A DNA stretch of 64,000 nt, from contig NC_045696.1 in NCBI RefSeq assembly GCF_009834535.1, positions 107,138,001-107,202,000 on the forward strand, given 5' to 3'. Under the pieces are notes generated by a model, which worked only from the letters and a program-made list of their open reading frames with translations, was not told the origin of the DNA and did no database searches. The DNA comes from Camelus ferus. Taxonomy: Eukaryota. Shown here piece by piece: positions 26,681 through 38,200 of the stretch. The position numbers and the translations under genes are program-made. Positions within the stretch are counted from its first letter, which is position 1. Every line of letters starts with the position of its first letter.

Positions 26681-27349
26681 AGAATAATGCCTTATAAGGC
26701 ACACACAAGGCAAAAGATTGCTAGACTACAAACGTAAGGTCAGATCCTCACCCAAGCAGCGCTGCCCTCACTCTATTTTTTAGGTACCTTCATTAAACCC
26801 TGGGGTGGGCAAGCATTACTTAATTTCTTTCTCGAGGTTCAGAGGATGTATTACCTTGACAGAAAAGTCAGAAGACTATATCTGGAACAGGGAGGGGAAG
26901 GGAGCCTCCACTTCTTCCAGGCCATCCACAGAGACTTGCAGCATCCTCAGAATGGCTTCCTGGGCAGGCAGCCGGCCCAGGTGATCCGCCAACTACAGTC
27001 ATAGTAACAGAACAGAAACAGTGAGGTCAGCTCTCCAAAGGAAGCTAGTAACACCTTCCACGTGAGAAAAGAATTTACTACATGGATTATACATCTAGCG
27101 AACTACCATCTCTGTTCTGTCCAATAGTAGATATTTGACAAATATTGAAATAAACACTTGTATAGGGAAAAGATCCCATGAATTTAAAACTCCTGGCTAT
27201 TTACATCTACCTGCATTTTCTCCGCAGTCAGAGCGCAGACATCATTTCTGCGAATCTATGAGAGCGGCTCGTCTGCTCTGCACTCTGCTTGGCTTGCACT
27301 TAGCACTGATGGGCGCACATTTTCACAGCTCACATCCTTTTCAGTTGTA

Positions 27350-27780
27350 GTGGTCACCGAGAATTCTGATACACCGTGGTTCTCCTAACCAGTCCCACTC
27401 ACTGGGCATTTGGGTCACTTTCTATTTTCCCCTATCATGAACATGCTGCCATAAATATCTTCGTATAAAGGCTTTTTTCCATTTGGATGATTACCTTAGG
27501 ATTTTCCCAAAAGTGGGATTACCAAGTCAAAAGGTATGAATGCTTCCTAGTTCTTATTATAAATTGCCAGCTTGCACTTCAGAAAAAGAGGAACACATGA
27601 CAGAGTGGCCAGTAATGTGTGTGGGTTTTCCAAGCAGAACCTAACATAGCGGGTTTTATCAATCTTATTTATTTTTATTAATTTAATGTTGGCATTCCTT
27701 ATCCATTCAAATCTGTATTTCTTTCATTATTACTCAGGCTAAACATTTTTTATGAGAATTTACTATCTGTAAAAAAAACA
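27350..27780 (-). mobile_element. Ancient L1 fragment
   Basis: Sequence tgggcatttgggtcactttcta...atgctgccataaatatc...aagtgggattacc..gtcaaaaggtatgaa. Confidence 0.65.
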
Positions 27781-29499
27781 AAACAAAAACAAGACATTTT
27801 GATAGAGCAAATCTATCCACTGTGATGATGTGGTGATATTATAAATTGTAAATGAGATATTAATGAAAAATGTTACCTGTCATTCTTTATATGTAAACAA
27901 CATCTTCATATCTTTTGATAAATCCTCAAGTACAGTGCAAGTCTTAACCATAAATTTGCATGATTCTGTATCTGTTTTGGACATTAAGCCTGATTCATAA
28001 TAATTAAAATAATTTTCTAATTTTTTTCATTTCATTGAGTATTTTTTTCTCTACCAAAAGTTGAAATTATTTTATAATTGATTAGCTTCACCTTGTTTCT
28101 GATGATATCTTCTATTGCCTTAAATATCACAAATATATTTCTCTTCCATTGTAGAAATAAATATGGTATTTCATCCTCTTATGATTTTTTTATGGCTTGT
28201 TTCATGGTCATTTGCAAGGTGCAAACCTGAGGTAAATTTCATTACTGCCTGGACTTCCGACAGATGTGACTTAATTCTTCCCTTATAACGTGAACGGAGG
28301 ATGTTAATGCTCAGCCATTTAGTTCTGGGCATGGTGGGCTGGTACAGACCAGCTCAGAGTTCAGGATGCTACACAACCATATGCATCTCCCTCCTGCAGG
28401 ATTCCTTATTAACTAGAAAGAGCACGTAGAAGGGTGTTTGTTCATAAACATCATGAGATGAGGGAAACACACATACACACAAACACGAAGTTTAATGTAT
28501 GTCTCCCTATATTCTTTCTTACAACAGCATGTACATCTATAATTATCTGAAAACAAAAAGTCTAAGTGGGAAAAAAATGTTTAAACTGCATAGAAATTTA
28601 GTAAGATATTTTCTTTTATGTATACAAATTTCCAAATTCACACCCTGACTCCCAACTGATGTCCAGAAGCTTGGAGCATGGCTACCCTTCATCATCAGTT
28701 CTGGTACCCAGGAGGTGAAGTCTCCATCCTCCATCTCCCATAATTTGAGGAATCAGCTTTCAAACACTGGCATGTTAAGGCCAAAGGCAAGTTTAGAAGT
28801 GCCAGTTTTTAACCAAATTGCCAAATATTTATTTAAGGGCCATCAGCAATCCTGCTCAAAAGTGGGGCACCAGCTGTCAAGTAAACAACTTGTAGCAGAG
28901 AAAATTAATAGTTTAAAGTTGCCAGCATCTTCTTCCCATTGCTACAGGTGAGGTTTAATTTTGGAAGCTGGGAGACTGTCATTTTGGTCCCCAATTGAGT
29001 TTTGCATCCCAGAGTTTAAACTGGAATTTGTCCTCGGGCTGGTCTTTCTTGTCTTTTGGAAGGAACTCTAGGGTGACCTTTTTAGTCGTGCAGACAGAGA
29101 TAAAGTAAATTCTTACCTCTTTTTCTTCGGATAGCCCTGAACCAGTCAGGGCTTCCGATGCTAAGTATTCTGTTCACTAATGAAAATTTGGTTTATATTT
29201 TAGCAAGACTGTGCCCTTGCAAATAAATTTTAAAATACGAATTTTAACTTCAGTCCCTGAAAATGATGGCTTGTTTATGAGAGATATTTCCACTTTCTCT
29301 ATCTCCAGTGTTTATTCCCAGTATGTTGCCAGACCAACCTCTGCCAGGACTAACATCAGGGAGGTGGTCCTCTCACTGAGCAAAGAGGACTGGGCTGGGC
29401 TGGCAGGTGCCTGGCCAGTTGGAATCCCACACTCTGGGGCCCAGCCCCTGCTGCCATCACTGCCTCTATCCCGGCAGCCCAGGCCCTGGAACAATCTAG

Positions 29500-29640
29500 C
29501 TGCTAGGAACACAGGTGTGAGTTTGAACCCCAGTTCCACCGCATATGACCTAGGGCAACTCACTTTACCTCTCCTGACTCAGTTTCCTCACTTGCAAATA
29601 AGAAAATGTATTACCTACTAGAAGGATGCTAAGAAAATGT
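29500..29640 (+). mobile_element. MIR SINE
   Basis: Sequence gtttgaaccccagttccacc...ctcagtttcctcacttgcaaataag. Confidence 0.75.
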
Positions 29641-30214
29641 GAGGTTTTGCCCCCTCATCCCCCATCCTGTACATAGAAACTGACATCCAGTCGGCCAAAG
29701 GGGCTGATAAGCAACAGAGACAACCCCTCCCCCCATCACACTGGATGCACCAGCAGAACCAGATCTCTGCAGCAGCCGCCTAGGAGCTGCTAAGCGTGGG
29801 AAGGGCCCAGGAATACTCCTCGGGACTTCCATTCATGTCTCCCCACAGACGATGTGGGAGATCTTCCCTGCAATCCACCTCTCGCCTAGGTGCACAGAAT
29901 TGCAGCTGGCACCAAGGCTGAACTTGATCTTCCTTACATCCCGGCCAAGATGGATGAAGACCCTTGGAGGGGCAAATAGCCTCTGCCCAGTGGGCTACCT
30001 TACTGAGCCACCTGTTTCAACCTCTGCTCAGTTGGCCCCCTTGGGCCAGGACCAGGACCCACAAATTCTACCCCTCCCTAGACCCCTGAATCATCCTTCT
30101 GCTCCTTGAAAGAAATCTCCCCACACCCAGAGCTCCCACACTCCCTTACACACACACGCGCGCACACACACTCACACTGTACCCTGCCTAGAACCCTTGA
30201 GATCCCGTTTACCA

Positions 30215-30638
30215 GTGCTGGGTGCCATCCCCAGCTTCCTTCCCAGTGTGCTTTGCTTCTAAGAGCTCTCACCCTGCAGTCTTAAGGGATGACCCCCGGG
30301 CTGCTGGAGCCTTTACCCAGACACAGTGATAGACAGAAGTGCCTGGTAGTTTATACCCCGCCCGCTGCCCCTGATGCCTGAAGCCAATGTGTGACTGGCT
30401 GGTGCAGGATGAGAGCCAGTTCCCTCGACTCCTGAAACACAGTGAGGGGTGATCTGTGCTCCAGACAGAGCACTGCCAAGGATCGGGCTGCAATTTCACG
30501 TACAATCACTTTATCTAGCGTCCTCCTCCCCATCCTGCTTGCCCTTACTGGTCTCCTCTGGGAGCACGCCCCTCAATAATCACTCATAGACTCTTTCTTG
30601 TCTCAGGATCTGCTTCTGGGCAACCAGACCTAAGACAT
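30215..30638 (+). mobile_element. ERVL solo LTR (LTR16-like)
   Basis: Ends gggagcacgcccctcaataatcact...tctcaggatctgcttctggg...acctaagaca, as in LTR16. Confidence 0.75.
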
Positions 30639-31234
30639 AACCCTAGCTTGTCACCCACTCGGATGAGATGCAAGGCCGCTGGTCTGAGCCCGCTTCACCA
30701 CGTGTGTGTTCCCAGGAGTGTGCACATGCACGTGCACAATCACGTGCAAGAGAGTGTGAGAACAAGCGCTGGTGTGGTGCTTGAGAATGAGAAGGTGCTT
30801 ATACTGGGGGACAAGTCAGTCCAGATATATGTGTGTGTTTCTGTTAATAAACATGATGAGGGGAGGAATGTGTACGTACTAATATGTGTACATACAAGAA
30901 GTGGCAGTTATGTGCACACAGGCACACACGCTTGCCTACTGGGAACGTCTCCACCATCAGCAGAGCCCACATCCTTCGGACAGTCTGGCAGACAGCTGGG
31001 TCCTGGGCCCCTGTGAAATGTTCATAAACATAGCCTCGTTTCTCATTTAAGCAAACGTCAGCTCCACTTCCACACAAAACCCACTGACACGTAAATGGAA
31101 GACTTGGGGAAGAGGGAGTGCTGGGGAGCTGCAACCACCCCGACTTCCGCCCAAAGGGCTTGGAATGCACTTAGTTTTATAAATTTAGGTGATTCCATTT
31201 CTCATCTGAAAATGGGGACAATAATACCATCTTA

Positions 31235-31350
31235 AGTAATAACAGTATACTTACTACAGCAAGCTCTCATAACGAACAGCACTACCCCATTTTATACAAG
31301 TAACTTGAGCACCCAGCAGATGTTGGTATCTGTCGGGGGTCCTGGACCCA
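31235..31350. mobile_element. MER2-like Tigger DNA transposon fragment within a MIR
   Basis: Sequence actaccccattttata...acttgagca...ttggtatctg..gggggtcctgga. Confidence 0.6.
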
Positions 31351-31351
31351 G

Positions 31352-31686
31352 AACAACGTACCACAAATGCAGTGGCTCAAACAACAGAAACTTATTGTCT
31401 CATAGTTCTGGAGGCTGGAAGTCTGAAATCAAGGTGTTGGTATGGCTGGTTCCTTTTGAGGCTTCTCTCTTTGGCTTGTAGATGGTCATTCCCCTGTCTT
31501 CACATAGTCTTCCTTGTATGCGTATTTGTGTGTCCAGATTTTTCCTTTTTGTCGGACACCAGTCATACAGCACCCAACCTAATGACCTCAATTAACTTGA
31601 TTATCTCCATAAAGACCCTATCTCCAAATAACGACACATTCTGAGATACTGGGATAGGACTGAGGACACGATCTGACCCCTAACAC
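31352..31686 (-). mobile_element. MaLR LTR (MLT1A/B-like)
   Basis: Sequence aacaacagaaacttattgtctcatagttctggaggctggaagtctgaaatcaaggtgttgg...aaagaccctatctccaaata. Confidence 0.85.
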
Positions 31687-31730
31687 TTACCTTTGAGGTT
31701 GTCATGATCATTAAAGCGAGTTAGGTTTTT

Positions 31731-32486
31731 GGGGTTTTTTTTTTTATTTTTATTTTTATTGAAGTATAGTCAGTTTACAATGTTGTGTCAATTTCTGGTG
31801 TACAGCATAATGTTTCAGTCATACATATACATACATATAATCCTTTCCATATTCTTTTTCATTATAGCTTATTACAAAATAATTATTACAGTTCCCTGTG
31901 CTACACAGTAGAAACTTGTTTATCTATGTTATATATAGTAGTTAGTATCTGCAAATCCCAAACTCCCAGTGTATCCCTCCACCCACCCCTTTCCTCCTTG
32001 GTAACCATAAGTCTGTTTTCTATGTCTGTGAGTCTGTTTCTGTTTTGTAAATAACTTCATTTGTGTCATTTCTTTAGATTCCACATAAAAGCAGTATTAT
32101 ATGGTATTTTTCTTTCTCTTTCTGTCTTACTTCATTTAGAATGATGATCTCCAGGTCCATCCGTGTTGCTGCAAATGGCATTATTTTATTTTTTATGGCT
32201 GAGTAGTATTCCAGTCTATATATATACCACAACTTCTTTATCCAGTCTTCTGTCAATGGACATTCAGGTGGCTTCCCTATCTTGGCTATTGTTAATAGTG
32301 CTGCTATGAACACTGGGGTGCATGTATCTTTTGGAATTGAGTTTCCACTGGATATATGCCTAAGAGTGGGATTGCTGGATCATAGGGTGAGTCTATTTTT
32401 AGTTTTTAAAGAATCTGCATACTGTTTTCCATATTGGCTGAACCAAACTACATTCCCACTAACAGTGTAGGAAGGGTTCCCTTTTC
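31731..32486 (-). mobile_element. 5'-truncated LINE-1 3' end
   Basis: ORF 32074-32313 (MFIAALLTIAK...WIKKLWYIY..EYYSAIK) is the L1 ORF2 C-terminus. TSD gagttaggtttt at 31718-31729 and 32492-32503. Confidence 0.92.
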
Positions 32487-32664
32487 AAAATGAGTTAGGT
32501 TTTATAGTTCTCAGATCAGTGCCTGGTGTATAGTAAGCCCTATATGCACTTTGTTATGGTGATGATGATGATGAACTATATCAACTTCAGAACTTTTGTG
32601 CCCTGTAACAGGAAGATGTAAAAGCGGTTGCAAAATGGTTGTAACACAAAATATTAAAAGCTTT

Positions 32665-32793
32665 AAGAGAGGAGGGTATAGCTCAAGTAGTAGAGTGTGT
32701 GCTTAGCATGCACAAGATCCTGGGTTCAATTCCTAATACCTCCTCTAAAAATAGATTTTAAAAAACCTAATTACCTCCCCCTCCAAAAAAAAA
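32665..32793 (+). mobile_element. tRNA-Ala-derived SINE (Vic-1-like)
   Basis: Head gggtatagctcaagtagtagag...gcttagcatgcacaag.tcctgggttcaat and poly(A). TSD aaaagcttt at 32656-32664 and 32794-32802. Confidence 0.9.
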
Positions 32794-34609
32794 AAAAGCT
32801 TTGTAACACACAAAAAGTGAAAGAAAAGGCAAAACCTGTCCAACAGTGTTTACTCTCTGCTTATTATGAGACCAGTTTCCACCAGCTTGTGGAGTACTTG
32901 AGCCTAGCCCGTGTACCACAAAATTAAGCACACCAGGTGGGCAAAGTTAACCCAGTGTTGGACAATTCTGATAACAAACATTGGTACTACATTAGCTGCA
33001 AGGCATACCTTCCCACTGCCACTCACCAGAAACAAGCAAAACCAATCTTAGACTGAAAATCAACAGTAAAGGGACAGAAAATGAGGACTTGCCTCAAGGA
33101 ATCTTCTTTTTTTAATTAACTCACTGCCCTGAGATCACAGAACCCAAGAGAAAGGAAAGGAGATCTTAGAGTGCACTGTTGAGTTCCAGGCTCAGGGGAG
33201 CTTCCAAGATAAATACTATAATTATGTGTTTATATTGTGTGAGCCAATCAAGAAGCCCTGCATCCTCCCTGGTCAGAAGAAAATTAGAATTTATTTTCTC
33301 CAGGACCCTTGGCAGGCACGCAGAGGCTGGGCTCACTGAATGAACTGCAGAGGGGTGGAGTCCGGGAGAGACCCTGCAACTGAATGCCAGTGTGCTTCTC
33401 CCCCAGCTCTGCCTCTCATCACTGACCAGCACCGCCAGTCAGCCCCTGAGGGCCTGGAGCACCATCTGCACCCACAGGCCAGGCCTGGAGGTCACTGCAG
33501 CCTCCACAGGCCAGCCAGCGATTGCCTCAAATGGTTCTTTGAATGTAAATGCAGTTAGTTAATGTGATGCCATTATTCATAGACATGGATTGCTTAGAAT
33601 TGGATGCGTATTACATCAGATGTATTCAGCTAGAAGGAACAGAAAATCTAACAGATTCAAACAAATACAGGCATTTATTATTTGCTAACAAGAAAATGGG
33701 AGAAGGGTGATCCTAGGGTTGGTCTGACACCCTAATGGTGCCATGGAAGAACCAAGAGTGTCTGTCTTTCCACGCTCCCACCTTTGGCTTGTTGGCTTTT
33801 GAGCCTTATACCTGCAGCCTCACTGTTGTAAACTGCGGGTCCCTGGTAACATGACCTCCTGGCATCTCTCTCCCGCCTCAGGTGGGAGCAGCGTCCTGCC
33901 ATGGCTAATTTCTGGGTTGCTTTATCCATCCACTGTTTGTGTTCTCAGCAACTCTACCATCTGCTTGAATGATTTCCCCCCCATTAAATTCCTTCCATTG
34001 CAATAACTGAAGTGATTTTGCTTTCTCAGTTAAAACCAGACTGGCCACATGGCTAACATAGGCACAAATTCATGCCCTTAGAAAGCAACGCTTTAAAAGT
34101 GCATCCATAATTAAGGAGAACACAAAGATAAGCTTTGGTAGAAGTTAACGAAACTCAAAGAAGACAATAATAAAATGCTATTGAAAGTGAAGCATGTGAT
34201 CACATGGCGATGGTAGTGCCCCTGGCAAGTGTGAAGATGGAAGATGCTGGCACCCTTTCTAGTTTGTTCTTTATGGGGCACATGGACCAGGGGGTGAGTG
34301 GGGACTCAAATTCAGCCTGTGCTTCACTCAATGCACTCTGCACCCTGCGTGGGCTGTTCTCCCAAGGAAAGGGCTCTTTTTTCATAACTTGCACAAAGTT
34401 TACCCAAAGGTTTCTCTATTTCTCATTGGCTTGCTCTGCCCATGTCTAAAGTTGACAAAACTCATGGCAGGCAGGGAAATGAAGAGGAGCAGGAAGAAAT
34501 ATCCATAGAGCATAAAATGAGGCCCACCTGACCTCTAAAGAGCTTTGTTTGAGGTTTTTAATGTTCCAAGAGCATAAGGGGAAGGGACTTTTAAGAAGGA
34601 GTTTCCCCT

Positions 34610-35287
34610 TTGGTACAGCCATTATGGAAAACAGTATGGAGATTCTTTTAAAAACTATGATCCAGCAATCCCACTCCTGGGCATGTATCTGGAGGGAACT
34701 CTAATTCAAAAAGATACATGAACCTCAATGTTCATAGCAGCACTATTTACAACAGCCAAGACATGGAAGCAACCTAAATGTCTAAATGTCCATCAACAGA
34801 TGACCAGATAAAGAAGTTGTGGTATATTTATACAAAGGAATACTACTCGGCCATAAAAAAGAATAAAATAATGCCATTTGCATGGATGGACCCGGAGATT
34901 GTCAAAGTGAAGTAAACCGGAAAGAGAAAGAAAAATACCATATGATATCACTCATATGTGGAATCTTAAAAAATGACACAAATGAACTTTTCACAAAACA
35001 GAAACAGACTTACAGACATAGAGAACAAACTTATGGTTACCAAGGAGGAAAGGGGTGGGTGCAGGGATAAATTGGGAGGGTGGGATCTGCAGATACTAAC
35101 TACTGTATTCACAAGGAATTATATTCAATAGCTTATAATAGTCTATAATGAAAAAGAATATGAAAAGGAATATATATATTCCTTTACATATATATATATG
35201 TATAACTGAACCACTATGATGCACAACAGAAACACAACATTGTAAACCAATTATGTTTCAATTAAAAAAAAAAAAGAAAAGAAAAAG
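34610..35287 (+). mobile_element. LINE-1 3' end
   Basis: Sequence tggtacagccattatggaaaacagtatggag...gaatactactcggccataaaaaagaat..., then an A-rich tail. Confidence 0.9.
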
Positions 35288-38200
35288 GAGGAGGCTTGCA
35301 ATCCAGAGGCAAGACTGGGGTATAAAGTGTGACCACCTGCCCTCTGGAAGAGCAGAGAAAGGCAGTGCCCGCAGCAGCCCTGAAAGACGCCTCCTTAAAA
35401 GGGGACCGATACTTTGACAAGTGGCCTGTTCCCTACAGCTGCAGCCTTCTCTGTTCTCTTCTTTTCCTTTCTTTCTTTTTCTCTGTCATTTGGGAAGAGG
35501 GCCCGAATTAGAAACTTAGAGCTCAGAAAGTCAACTCTGACCTCTGATGAGCTCCATAACCCCCCTTATGAAACATCAGGACCCCAGGGCCCCCAGACAG
35601 ACCTAGCGCATGCCCAGTCATTTCTGGAAGTCCACAAAGGGGAGCCTGCCATGCACTCACAGCTGATCTATGCAGCTGCACCAAGCATAGCCCTTCCCTC
35701 CTTTGGACTCCACATCTTATTTGTCTGTATCCCCTGCCCTCAAAGCTGCTAGCGGGAGCCTCACCTCTGCCAGCCCATAAGGGATGCCTCCATCTGAATC
35801 ACAGGCACTGGGAAGGGGGCCCCCAAAGCCACCATCCTCAGGTGTCCTGACAGCGCCACACCGCATGCAGAAATGAGGAAGTGGTCTCCCCAGCTCTATG
35901 CCTTACCTCATTACCAGGTCTCAAAGCAGCCAAGTGGCCCTATCAACTCCTAGAACACCCACCCCCAACTCCAGGCCTGGGCATCCAGGAGAAACCTGAG
36001 TGCCAGCAGGGACCTCTGTGTCCTCCAGGTCCTCCACAGGGCCTTGTGCCTAGTCCACTGAGCGGAACAGTCAGCAGACACCATACCACCACCACCCCCC
36101 CCCCAGCTTCCTCCTCTTCTTTCTTACCCTCTCCTGCTACCAAAAAAATCCTCTATGCTCTTCCAGTTGTGAAGCAAAAGCTCCCAGATACTGATGTGTC
36201 TGAGAGAAGCAGAGTGTGCCATTTACGTCAGCAACCAACAAAAGACCCTCTGGTACCCTTGAGAGAAGGGAGGGAGGTCTCCCCTCAGCATTTAGGAGGG
36301 ATTGTGTAGAGCTCATTTCCTGCCTCTGTTTGACCTCCAGGCCTGTAGGTGGTGCAGCACCAATGTCCTGCAACAGTGGGCGTTCCCCAGCAGGCCCGGG
36401 AGGGGCAGGCCAACTCTACCCCCAGAATGGGGTTATGGGGGCTGGTCTTCTCCCTTCTCCATTCCTTTCTCTTCACTCTCACCTTTCTCCCTCCTGTTCT
36501 TTAGTTTCCTCTCATTGTTCTTCTTCTACCTCACTCCTCATTCCACTTTCCCTCCTCACTGTGCTTGTGAACAGAGCACTTTTCTATAGGCTATTGGAGG
36601 TGACAAAAATTATAGGGAGACCTTGGCCCTGCCCTTAGGGGTTAGTGAGATTTTTTTAAAAATTGCTTGCAGAGCCCAGCAAAAAGTTCGGGCTGAGTCA
36701 AAGATGATTTGATCCTCTAAATGTTTCCTCTGCATTCACCTGTTACCTGTCGCAGCCTTGGGGGAAGACATGGCCCCAAAAGATAACCTGATGGGACCCT
36801 TCTGGACGCGTTCAGGAGACAAAGGAAGGGTTTGAGAACACTTGCTGATGTCTGCTCAGTGACACGATGGAATTTATCTAATGAAAAATAAGAAAGCAAA
36901 GAGTTTTCTCTGATGGATATTTCCTTTTTAAGAAAATATTATAAAGTTCTGTTTGAATATGTTTTTAAAGTCTCTAAAAGCCTCACATACATTATTGTCA
37001 GATGTCCTGTTAGACATGAGACTCCAAGACAATGAGAAGGACTATGAATACCATAAAGAGAAGCTTAAATTCATTCAACAGCTGTGATAAACTCAAATTT
37101 TGTGTTCAAATAGAAGGAGCCAGACAGAAGAAAATTCCTCCTTTCTAGTTGGGGAAGGTTCACCCGCAGGATTTCTGGGGTCAACACACAGGAATTCTTC
37201 CCTTTTGCACCAGGAAAGACAGACTCAGGCCTGCAGAGTACAGAGGCATTTTCTCCCGTATACAGCAAGGCAGGGAACTGAGCTCTTAGGGAAAGCCAGT
37301 GGCTGGCTGAGAGCGGGTAACTCCTCTCGCTGTCTAAATGCACGTCCCGGACAAGTCAAGGAAGAGCCGTATCATCTCTTCCAGTCCAGGAGGAGGAACC
37401 CAGGGTGGGTAAGCAGAAGCTGGTTCTTTCTATGTTTTAATGTTTCTTAAAATCTTACCCTAAACATAGCAGTCTATCTAACATACCTATATTGCATTTA
37501 TAAGAGTTAACTCTGCAATGGTTTTGGTTTTTATAGAGCTTTGGAGAAGGAAGCTATATGTTCTTTCAATTTCGCATGGCTGTAGGAAGCCTCGCTTTGG
37601 ACCCCGTTGACCCATAGCAGGTCCCTGAACTGAAAGCACCCTGCTTAAGAGGACACCTAGGATGGCCCAGCTAAGCCAAGAGGTAACAGCAAATAGCACA
37701 ACTCCTACCTAATCGAAGCACGGGGTGAGGGTCCAGAAAACAGCTACCTAATCAGACCAGTAACTTAGCCAAAGCAAAGGGGAAATGGAGAAGAGCACAC
37801 ATTTTCCTGTTGACGTCCCACGACCGCTTCCACCCACACCTTTGGATGAAGAATGATGGACAGGAGAACTACCTTCTGCCAATTAATTCCAGAGTATAAT
37901 TTGTAGCCTCAGCCCATCCTGGAAGATCCTGGGCTGCTAACAAACCATGACACCGCTTTAATTTCTCCTTTGCCCCCACACTTTATTAAAACCTGGAGTG
38001 GGTTCCATCAAATATCCCTTCCAGGGAAAAACAGAGAGAGGGAGAGAACCGGAGCAACATTTGTCTCAATGCAATATGAAAGATTAGAGTTTGCTGAATA
38101 AAGAGGGAGACGGGAGTGGGGTAGGAATTCTTGTGAAACACACGCACGCACAGGGACACACACACACAATTTCTCTTTTGCAATGACCTCCTTATGCCCC

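Noticed and set aside
29116..29180. Possible short minus-strand exon ending in GAG|GTAAGA
   Set aside because: The donor is good but the acceptor is poor, and I see no recognisable peptide or neighbouring exons.
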